51,452 nucleotides of DNA from Octopus bimaculoides (lineage: Eukaryota): positions 56,452,240 to 56,503,691 of the forward strand of contig NC_068984.1 of the NCBI RefSeq assembly GCF_001194135.2. The letters run 5' to 3'. The translations under genes and the position numbers were made by a program. Of this stretch, positions 23,101 through 35,200 are shown in pieces. How positions within the stretch are numbered: position 1 is the first letter of the stretch; each line of letters begins with the position of its first letter. Under the pieces are notes generated by a model. That model saw only the letters and a program-made list of their open reading frames with translations. It ran no database searches and was not told where the DNA came from.

Positions 23101-26100
23101 AGTGTCACGTATTTAATTGAATGCTGCAATGAAAGTTGGTGCAACACCAATACGACCCTCTCACTACCTCCTGAAACTACTGCAGGTAATTTATGTACAC
23201 TAAAACATTTTTTGTTTTATTTGATATTGCTATGTATTGCTATTGTAGTGGTGGTGCAGCTAGTAGAGAACTAGATTTGATGTTGATGCTTTTTATGGTA
23301 CTCAGTATTTGATACTTTATAGTCATCTGCTCAAATTATCAGTAGTTCTTTTTATTAGTACCTGTCCAACAATGATTATAAGAACAACTTCACTACTTCA
23401 ACTATGATTATAAAAAATACTTCTCGTGATTTTAGCAAGAGGGCATTTCTTGTTGAAAGAACCCAGTGTTCCTGTTCCTCATTACTGCTAAGACAACTGA
23501 ATAGATTAGGTTACTTACAATATTCAAGTTTGGGTTTGTTTCTCTGGAAAGAATTTCTTGGGAGTTCTAGTTGTATTTAGCTTATTGAATTAGACCAGTG
23601 CTCCTCAACCTTTTTTCACTTGAAGTACACTTATATTCTTTTCAAAATTCAGCGACACACCTGAACTAAGAATATAACTAAAAGTATATGGAAAAAATTG
23701 TGTTAGGTGTCTTTGTGGCACACCTAGCATCATCTCATGATACACCAGTGTGCCGCAGCATACCCGTTGCAGAGCACTGACTTAGAGGAGAAAGGGCAGC
23801 AGTCAAGACCCTTTACAAGACCTTTATAATTGTATGGAGGAAGGTATCCTCAGATTGGGCACCTAGCTCAAATACTTGCAGCACAGTAGCCTCCACTAAA
23901 GTCATCTTTGAGTCAGGTAGGAGTGTTAAACCAAGTTACAGGTTATATCTTCCATAAACCAGAATGATCCCTCCAGCAAGCTGTTGCACAATTTCTCTCT
24001 ACCAAATTTCATTCTCAAGTCTTCTGATGGTCTGAGGCTATGGGAAAAGGCACTAACACAAGGTGCTGCACAGTAGGATCACTCCTAAGACCATACAGTT
24101 GCAAACCAAACTTCTTAACTACACAGCCATGTCTTGTTTATTTGTATTTTGGGAAGATATTTCCACTGGTCCTTGCTGATTTGTTTTTCATATTTTGTGG
24201 TCATTTCTTTTAGTTTGATTTTCTTCTGCCCACTCTGTTGTAATGTGTGTTGTTCTGTTACATATCATTATGTGTTAGAACAGGAATATGTTTTTGTTGT
24301 AGTGAGGCTTTGAATAGTTGTTTCATGTTGGTTCTTGCATGGTCATCGTTTCTGTCTTTTTTCTCTCTCCACATATTTTTGGTTTGTTGTGATGACTCAG
24401 TTTTTTTTTTAACATGATTGTTTCTGCTATGTTGTTTCTACTACATTGTGAGAATTCCTTTGTTCTACTTGTGATGATTTTTACCGTTTGTATTACTTTC
24501 ATTGCGATGTAGATGATGTGTATCAGTTTTTGAGTACTTGATTCTTTTCTGCTTTCATTGGATTGAAATTTTTCCATAAAGATTGCAACACTTTTCCATA
24601 AAGATTGCAATCCAGCTCTTTTATAATTTCTGCCAACTCACCTCTTTCACTGGCTAAATACCAATAGTTGTTTCATGAAGTTATATCCTGTTCTAGTTAA
24701 TATGTTATAATTCAGCCAGAACAGGCTTTTCTCCTGTTATAATGATCCAATACTCTATAGAACTGAAGTGGTTTCTCTGTGCCTTAACAGTGGGACAAAG
24801 AAGTCTTATCATTTACCCTAAGTAAGTATTCAGAATAGATTGCATTTTAATCTAATCACCACTCATATTAACATCACAAAATGTTATGACATCTTAAAAT
24901 TTTCTATTTTGTACTTGGTTCTCCCTGTGTGATGTGTAAATATGTATTTCAAAGTTCCACTTGTTTCTAGGAAAATTATCTATTTTACTCCATATTAAAA
25001 TATGGAGTAAAATAGATGGAATTTCCACTACAATAATGTAACCCCACTACGTTTGTTTCGCCTATATTCTTATCACTGAAAATTTGAATTCTTTTGTAAT
25101 TGCTTCGTATAGTCAGGTCAGGGATTGTCTCATCACAGGCTGATGAGACCTGCTACTGGTACCATGTAAACCAGAACTACTTGTTCCACGGTCAAGTGGT
25201 CAACAACTAAACTAGCTCTTCCACTTGAATAGCTTGCTACTCTTGTGAGGAGGTTGGATAAGCTCCTTGTGGGTCAATGGCCGTTCAGTTGGGGAAGGCA
25301 ATAGCAAATCACCCCAATATCTCTGCCAAGAAAGTGCTGTGAGGAAATCCAAATGAAGTAGTGCTATGGATTCATTTAATGGGAGAACTCGCTTAATCTG
25401 GAAGCCTTTTGTTGTAGTGTCATCATGCTGCAAAGCATACAAATACATGACAACAATGAATTGCTTCCATAATTCTATATGAAAAGTCATCACCAAATGT
25501 TTTTTTTTTTTTGACTGTCAGACTTATATTAAATTTGATAGAAATCTTACTGAAGTTATTTAAATGACAACCAAACTCTGTTTCTGTATTGCACAACAAT
25601 AAATATTAAGTATTGTTTGGATAAACAATATTTTGAGAAACTGAAAGAAAATTATAATACAACTAGAGCTAACAGAAAAAAATTAACTTTAAAAGGACTC
25701 TAATATAATAACTATAGCTCATATGAAATAGTTTCTCCATACCATTCAATTACATGAATCAGTGAATTATTTCTCAAGGACAGTTGGTGCAGCAGGAATA
25801 GTTCCAAATATATATACTCATAACTTCTTACATCTAGTCATAGATTTCCTTGTCATTAATCAACTTCACAAAATCTAACCAGTTTTGTATTTGATATTTT
25901 TGAAGTTAATAATAAAAAACAATTTACATAACGTCCAGTATAAAATTACAATTGGAAACAAAGTTTCAACTCTGGTTGTTAGAACAGTGAACAATAAAAT
26001 AGAGACTTACATTTACCTGTTTTATTTATGTTCTTGTAGCTCTAGCCTAATACAACTTGTATTTGTCAACAGTCAACTAGTATTCTAAAACCATTCCGTT

Positions 26101-29100
26101 TCTCTAAACAATATTTGTTTCTTTCATTAAACAGCGGTAAAGAATCCTTCACTTGTGCTTCTATTAAGCATCCTCATAGTTATTGCTCTGTTTAATGCTG
26201 CAATACTGGCTTTCATTGCTTATATTCGATGGAAGCACAAATGTCGAATGGAGGATTTTGGTGCACGAGAACCATACCTTTTAGAAGATAGTGAACGTAA
26301 AGCTAGCAAGGATGAGAAGAGTTCACTGAAGGTAAGCAGAATTTATTCAATTTGAAATATTTTATCCATTTATTATTATAAAAAATAAAAAAATAAAAAA
26401 TCAAATTGAGATTGTGTAATGTATTTGAATACTGGTCATAAGAATTCATCATCATCATCATCATCATCGTTTAACGTCCGCTTTCCATGCTAGCATGGGT
26501 TGGACGATTTGACTGAGGACTGGTGAAACCGGATGGCAACAACTGGCTCCAATCTAATTTGGCAGAGTTTCTACAGCTGGATACCCTTCCTAATGCCAAC
26601 CACTCAGAGAGTGTAGTGGGTGCTTTTACATGTCACCCGCACGAAAACGGCCAAGCTCGAAATGGTGTCTTTTATGTGCCACCCGCACAAGAGCCAGTCC
26701 AGGGGAACTGGCAATGATCTCGCTCGAAAACCCTACAAGGCCAGTCAGGCGGTACTGGCAACGGTCACGCTCAGGATGGTACATCTTATGTGCCACCCGC
26801 TCAAGAGCCAGTCCAGGGGCCCTGGCAACGATCTCACTTGGCTTGCCGGGTCTTCTCACGCACAGCACATTTCCAAAGGTCTCGGTCAGTAGTCATCGCC
26901 TCGGTGAGGCCCAATGTTCGAAGGTCTTGCCTCACCACCTCAGCCCAGGTCTTCCTGGGCCTACCTCTTCCACGGGTTCCCTCAACTGTTAGGGAGTGGC
27001 ACTTTTTAACTGTTCAAAACCTGACTACAATCTTGGGTACAGTATGACTATGTAGTTAAAAAGTTTACTTCACACCTATGTGGTTCTAAGTTGATTCCAA
27101 TTATGCCCAACTCTATGTAAGTGGCTTTTACCATAAACTCCAGTTGACCAATACCTTGTGATTGGAATTTGTGACAGAAACTGAATGGAGGTTTATTGTG
27201 TGTGTATGTGTATTGGGTCCTTTCTAGAAAATAGACTTTAGTCACCCACCCGTAATTTTTTAAACTTAATAAATAATATTAGCTAAAGGATATCTAGTTT
27301 GTCATATAACAATAATTTTGGTTATGCAGGCCCCCAGCTATAGTTAAGTATTAGAGTCTAGTGGATCCAAAAACAAGATGATTCATGTTCTTAATCCCTG
27401 CCTTTTCAGACTAAGATGAAATGCTGTTTGATCAGCTGGTTTACTTCGTTTTTTAATCAAAATAATTTTTTTTTTGTTTAATATTATGTCCAATATTACC
27501 AAGAAATTACTAGTGTTAGTTGATAAGCATTTCTCTATTAACTATAGTTACAAAAAGATATTTAATATAAACATTCTTAAACTGAGTTTCCATTATACTA
27601 TTAATATGAAGAATCTAATCACTAGTAAATTATTAAGGCTATCTCTACATGCAGGAATATTAGTGCATGTCCATTCAATCCATCATAATTCTGAGGTAGT
27701 AGTTATCTTCACCAAACTTTGATGTAATGCCAAAACACTACATAGATATGACAAAAGGTAAATTTTAATAATGGTACTTCAGCCATACTTCTTTATTTGG
27801 GCATACAAAAGAATAGAGGTATGTAGCAAAATTGCATAATATCTTGCCTTTGAAAGAATATGCTAATGATTTCAGTATCAACTAGAAAATCTTTGAGATG
27901 TGCAGGCTTTTTAAAGGTTGGACCAAAAAATACAATTTCTTTCCAGTTGAGAAACACCTCATATTAAAGAAAAAAAAAATCTTTCATTATTCTATCTAAA
28001 TGCAATGTTTAAAATTTTTACAAAATGTTAGCACTTTGACAGTGTCTAGAGAAAATTGAAATTTGTTACTACCATCTATTTATACAATTCTACATGTAAT
28101 TTTCACCTGCTCTTCACATATCATTTACGTTTTTACATAATCAAGTAAATTTTTCCCCTTTCTGTTTTGATCTAAATGAATCCTCCATATATGTTGAACT
28201 GTCTTCTATGCTCACATGTGCTGGACAGTTCAACAGGATCTTATAAGCCAGAGGACTGGGTTAGACTCTAGTGACTGCTTTGACATGATTTCTATGTCTG
28301 GATGTCCTTCCTAATGCCAACCATTTTACAATGTGTATCAGTTTTTTTTTTTTTTGCCATGGCACTGGCTTAAGTGAGGTCACCAAGTAACTCACAAGAC
28401 AAAACCTCTCAACTGAATTGGGATATAGTATTGAGGGAGATGATTGTTTATAAGGTGTTGAAAGGTTAAAATATGATAGAGGGACAAGAACAAGTGTCAG
28501 CTGGGTGATGACATGTCACAAAGTGAATGTATAAGAGAATAGGAATGGGTTTGTGGTATGATGATTTTATTGCCTGTTGGATATTGGTTTCCTCCTTAAC
28601 AAGCAGAACATAAGCGTAAAGAACAACAGCAAGGTTATATTGGTATTTCCAGCCATTAAAGGGAAAGAACTCATTTAAATTTATGAATTGTGCCCCTTTT
28701 AATCTGCCTCCCTCTGTCGGCATGCAGCTACTGGAAACCTTTATCCAGAACATTTCAACACTTTTGGCCAATGTATATTGTCTGATTGCTTAATTATTTC
28801 ATTAGGCATGAACTCAAACTTAAAATGTATTTTCTGTAACAAATTGCATCGCTTATATATGCACTGACATAGCTATGTAGTTAAGAACTTTATTGCTAAA
28901 CTATGTGGCTTCCAGTTCAGTCTGTGTGTGCATCCCACCTAACAAGTGTCTTCAACTATAGCTTCAAGCTCACCAAAGCATTAGAAGTGAATTTAGTAAA
29001 CTGAAACTGAAAAAGAGGCCTGTTGTTGGTATGTGTGTCTCCTTGTCTTGACATAGTGTGCTAATTGTAAGTAAACACTACCATCATAGAAGTAGTGCCA

Positions 29101-29255
29101 CTTGTTTGCAATTTTTCGTGAAACATGTCCAGCCTAGGTGAAAACATCACTGGTGATGGTCGGTGACAGGAAGAGCATCCAGCTTTAAAAAGAAGTTGCC
29201 TCCAAAAATATCAAGCATGGAAAAGTAGACATTAAAATATTGATGATTTTATGTA

Positions 29256-29291
<36 letters not shown>

Positions 29292-32200
29292 NNNNNNNNN
29301 NNNNNNNNNNNNNNNNNNNNNNNNNNTGTTAATTCTCTAAATGAAGTATTAACAGTAACAGGACTCTTCTTGCCATAAATGACAGATGAGGGCTCCATAA
29401 CTTTTTTGCTGAACAACCTGCACAGATAATTTTTTTTATAGTGATCAAATGTTTGTGCTGAACATTAGCTCACCCTCTCCATTAAATCAACAATTCCTGT
29501 ACAGATGCACACTATACCACATGTCAGATGTTGAAATGATTACAGAACAACACGAAATGAAGTTCTTTGTTCAAGAACACTATGCACCACCTTGGAAATC
29601 GAAATCATGATCTTATGATCACAAGTGCACCACTCTTACCATTAGGCCGTATGCACACACACACACACACATCTTGGGTTGGCAAAGAAAGTAATTTCAT
29701 TTTTTGCAAATAGTTATGGTATTTTTTGAATGACTTTTATTAATGTTATGATTTTTCCTTTTTGACATTTGGTAGCTGTTACTATTAGCTTACTCTAGAA
29801 GCAAATTGTGCATAATTTTCTTTACAGCTGTTAGTTCAGTGTCAATTTTAACATGGAATGCAAAAACGAACATTTTCGCCATACTTTGCTTTTTTATTTC
29901 CATAAAGGCAAGAAAGCTGCTATGGCTCACAAAGAGATATGTGAAGTTTATGGTGTTGATTGCTTAACAAAACGCACATGTCAGAAATGGTTTAAAAAAT
30001 GCCATTCTGGAGATTTTTTACTAAAGGATGACCAACATTCTGGTTGACTTAATGAAGTTGATGATGGCCAAATCAAAGCCATAATTGAATCTGATTGTCA
30101 TATAACTGTGTGAGAGATTGCAGTGAGTTTAAATGTATCACACACAACAACTGAAAATCACTTAAAATATCACTTGATATTTGGGTTCCACATAAATTGA
30201 AAGAGATTCACAACACAATGAATCAATATTTGCAATATGCATCTCAAATGCAATGAAATTGACCTTTTATTCATCACTGGTGATGAAAAGTGGATTGTCT
30301 ACAATAACATCAATCAGAAACGATCATGGTCCAAGCATAATGAACCGTCACAAACCACATTGAAAGCTGAATCGCATCGAAAAAAGGTCATGTTGTCAAT
30401 CTGGTGGGATTACAAAGGTGTTGTGTATTTGGAGCTGCTTCCAAGGAGCCAAACAATTAATTCAGATGTTTACTGTCAACAGCTAATGAAACTAGAGAAA
30501 GCAATCAAAGAAAAATGGCCAGAATTGGCATATCATAAAAGAATTGTTCCACCATGACAACACTAGACCACATGCGTCTTTGCTAACTCTTGAAAAATTA
30601 TTAGAACTTGGTTGGAAAGTGGTGTTACATCCACCATATATCCCTGACCTTGCACCATCAGATTTACCATTTATTTCTTTGAATGGTAAAACTTTCAATA
30701 ATGATGATGACCTGAAATTACACTTGCTTCAGTTTTTGGCTAAGGACCAGAAGTTCTATGAGCATGGAGTCATCAAGTTGCCAGAAAGATGGCAAAAGGT
30801 AATCAAACAAAATGGAAAATATATTGATTAAAGTTCATTCTTTGTATGAAAAAAAATGACTTTTATTTCACACTAAAAAAACCAAAATTACTATTTTGCC
30901 AACCCAATATCATTATCATCATTTAACGTCCTCTTTCCATGCTGGCATGGGTTGGACGGTTTGACTGAGGGCTAGCAGGCCAATTAGCTGCACCAGGTTC
31001 CAATCTGACCTGGCAAGGTTTCTACAGCTGGATGTCCTTCGTAACACCAACCACTCATAGGAGCCAGTCAGGCAGGACTGGCATCGACCATGTTCAGATG
31101 GTGCTTTTCAGATACCACCGGCATGTCTATATATATATATATATATATATATCAAAGTTACAGGAATGTAAACAAATCAGCAGCAGTTATCAAGCGGTGG
31201 TGGAGCACAAATACAATACATACACAAAGACCCACACATGTGTATATGTATATAACAGGCTTCTTTCAGTTTCCCGCTACCAAATCCTCTCACATGGCTT
31301 CAGTCAGCCCTGAGCTATGTTAAAAGACACTTGCCCAGGGTGCCACATAGTAGGACTGAACTTGGAACTATGTGGTTGAAGAGCAAACTTCTTACCACAC
31401 AGTCATGCCCATGCTATTAAACCAATATCCTGACCATTCAGCAAAATGCAATTTTCAGTTTTATGTGATGATGTGAGAGTAAATTCAGATTGAAAAAATA
31501 ACAGTTCATATCAAGTAACCATATTAAACTAGACATTATAGTTATTTTGTGATGTGTTTTTGTTGCTTTGAAATCAAAGATTGTGCAATATATTTGTGTT
31601 TTTACAGGAGCATTATGAACAATCAGTAACATCTGGAAGTGGATCTGGTTTGCCTTTTCTTGTTCAAAGTACTGTAGCCAGACAAGTCATGATGGTTGAA
31701 ATGATTGGTAAGTATTGTCAAGCTTGACTCTATATGGTTTAATTATATGCATAAGATTACCAAAGAATATTGACATCATATAAATATAAGGCAGGATGTG
31801 TGTGTGTGTGTATGTGAATGTAGTTTATGCACGTCCACAAATTAGCACGCATATTGCTCCAATTTTAGGAGGAGATTCGTCATGACCCTATCTGCATTTT
31901 CATCAACTTTTTCTCTTAGAGGTACCCACGTATAGCTATAAAATCGATTTTCAACCATAACTTTTACCAATTTTGAAGTTTGTTGACATGGCGAAGTCAA
32001 ACTGTGTGAGTGTTTGCTAGCGTCTAACAAAAAAAAAATGGAAAGAAAAAGTGGAAGAGGGAGACAGAAAGCGTCTAAGCAAAGAAAATGTTTGTAACCA
32101 AGACAGAGTTTGTTTGCCAGTGTCTAACAAAAAAAAAAAAAAAGGAACGAAAAAGTGGAAGAGGGAAACAGAAAGCGTCTAACAAAGCATTTATTTATTT

Positions 32201-35200
32201 TTAATTGAGCACCAATGTGATCTAGTTGAGCACCAGATCACATTGAGTGATAAACAGTGCATTTAAATCATCGATTAATGATTAAAATTTACCAAACAAT
32301 TAAGCAGTTACTAAAATGTTGATTTTAAACACCTTCGAATGGTTAAAATTGTTTAGATAAAAATATGTAATTAGAGTGTGAGTAAGTTGTAAAATTATTT
32401 GTTAATGTTTTGAATTTGTGTTGTTAATTTTGTTGACTTTCTACAAAACTATGGCTTAGTAACAGTGTGGAATATAATTTCTTGTAATACTGTGTATGCT
32501 GCTATTCTTAATAATCCTTTGCATAGGGTAAAAGTCAGGAAAGAAATTATATTAAATTGATAGATAAATATATTTATTTTTATTGTTATAAACATTTAGC
32601 ATTCAGATTGTCCTGTCAAATGTGAAGTTTATTTATTCACATTGTTTTGAATTAATCGTGCATTATCTCATGGCTTCAATGATGTGATTGTCTATTTTTA
32701 GAAAGACATTAAAAGGCAGGTGTAAAATGTTGGATTGGGTCAGTTTGAACATAAAACAGACAGGATAATTTGGTCAGATATGGCCAGTTTAAATGCTAAA
32801 GTGTTAAAAGAAAGTGGAAAGACAAAATTTTCTAGAGAAAAGGTAGTTAAAAGGCAAAAATAGCCAGGGAAAATACCTTGTGTATACTCTGACTCTAAAG
32901 CCTGTCAGGATTGACTTTGCTTTTCACCCCCCTCTGGGTGCTGGGCATTGATTCAATTCATTACACTCCCTCCCACAAATGTGTGGCTTTATGCCAATAT
33001 AAGAAATTACATTAAATTAACAAATTTTGTTTTGATTTCAGGTAAAGGACGATATGGAGAAGTGTGGAAAGGAACCTATCATGGTGAAGTTGTTGCTGTT
33101 AAGACATTTTCTTCTCGTGATGAAGCCAGCTGGGATCGTGAAACTGAAATTTATAACACTGTTTTACTACGTCATGATAATATTCTTGGATACTTAGCAT
33201 CAGACATGACCAGTCGTAACTCATGCACTCAGCTATGGCTCATCATGCACTACCATGTCAATGGCTCCCTCTATGACTACTTACAGAGAGTAGTTTTAAA
33301 CCATCAGTCGATGCTGCTTTTGGCTTATTCAGCAGCAGCAGGTCTGGTTCATCTTCATTCGGAAATTCTTGGAAAACAAGGAAAGCCTGCTATTGCACAC
33401 CGAGATATTAAGTCGAAGAATATCCTGGTCAAAAAAGATGGCTCCTGTTGCATTGGTGATCTTGGACTTGCTGTCATACATAGTCAAACAACGAACATCT
33501 TAGATCTTGGTAACAACACCAAGGTGGGGACAAAACGTTACATGGCACCCGAGGTCCTTGATGATCATTTGAACACTTCTCTATTTGAGTCATTCAAATG
33601 TATTGATGTGTATGCCTTTGGTCTGGTTCTCTGGGAAATAACACGCCGTTGTGCTCTTGGAGGTAATTCAACTTCATTGATTTTTTTTTTTTTTAAGTTG
33701 TACCAATTCTATTATGTTCAGAATATTTCTGAATATATATTAAATAATGTTTACTTGTCTATTGCTGTGTATGTGTCGTTTATTGCTGTGTATATGTTGT
33801 TTATTGAAGTATGTATGTGTGTGTAAAGCTTGATGGGTTTGTATTTTGAGATATTCATGAGTTCTGCCCCAAATTCACTTTGCAATGCAATCAATTTTCA
33901 AATTATTGCCCACTTCAAAGTAAGAAAATATCTTAGTATAAGTAAACGGAGGAGCCTTAGAAGTTATTCAAGTAGAGCACTGTTTAAAAATATTATTTGA
34001 GGTTTCAGGAAATCAACACTAATGCTTAAGCATCTTGAAAAACATCTTATTCATAAATTTGTTACACACATGTGTGATTTATAAAATAAGGTAAGCAATA
34101 ATATTTTCCTAAGTTTTTATCTCTTTATGCAAAGTGCAGCATTAACTTTTTATCTGATCTCCAGTGCATCAGAAAATAGAAAAAATGTTAAGAACCACTG
34201 CAATATGTGGTCGTTTGACCTGCTCAAAATAGCAGTCGTTTTTGATTTGTCTGTTAAAAATCATACCCTACCACTAGAAAAGATGCAATGATCACAGCTA
34301 GAACCTCTTTTCATCATTTCTGCTCAGTCTAAACTGATCTAGAGCAAACAACAACTGTCCAAATTTAGGGTGAAACTCTGCTCTTATTCTTCATATTGAT
34401 AAATTCTAAAAATAGAATTTTGCATTTATACATATATATAAAAATATATATATTGAAAAGAAATGTGTCGTTTGTTTTATATGATCTATGTTGACCTATT
34501 AATGCTTTTATATGAGTTTGGAGTAAAATATTTATTTGAAAAATGGATAGAAATGTATATATGTGTGTAACATGAAACATAGCATGTAATTAATTAAGTA
34601 CTAAATAATTAGATCTATTAAAATATTGAAAGAAACATTTCCTATTTGCTTTACCACACTGACAGGTTAGTCAATATTTATCAGAATTTTTTCCTAGAGC
34701 CTATTTTATAAGTTATCTACCTTTATGCAGTTAATTTTCATCCTCCCTTCTTTTGAAATTAACTGAAGTGAAATAATATGAGGTAGGTTTACCAACGACA
34801 TAATGTGGTTTCCAAACTGTAAACATAAAAGTAAAAAAAAAATTGTATTAATTAACCCTTTTGTGGCCGCATTTTCAGTGAAATACCCTATATACATATA
34901 TTTTCTATCACTTTGATAAATGATTGAAAACTGAAGGGATGTTTTTAAACTAACTTCTCCATTAAGTTTGGTGTTTGTAATATAACTTAACAAAAGTTTC
35001 TTACATAGATTCATGATGGAATTTTAAATTTAGGCATGAATATTTTATGAAAGTGATAGTTTTGTGTTACAGAAGCAGAGGTTGTCTGGGGCAAGTTGGT
35101 ATCAAGAGATGATATTACTTTCAACATATTTCTGTTCATTTTCAGTTATTGTTATTCAAATGCATCAACGCTCTATGACAAATACTTTCAACATTTGCTC

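Noticed and set aside
32948-33826. 292-aa single-exon kinase ORF
   Set aside because: Only 33042-33662 is exonic; the flanks are intron read-through bounded by clear splice sites.
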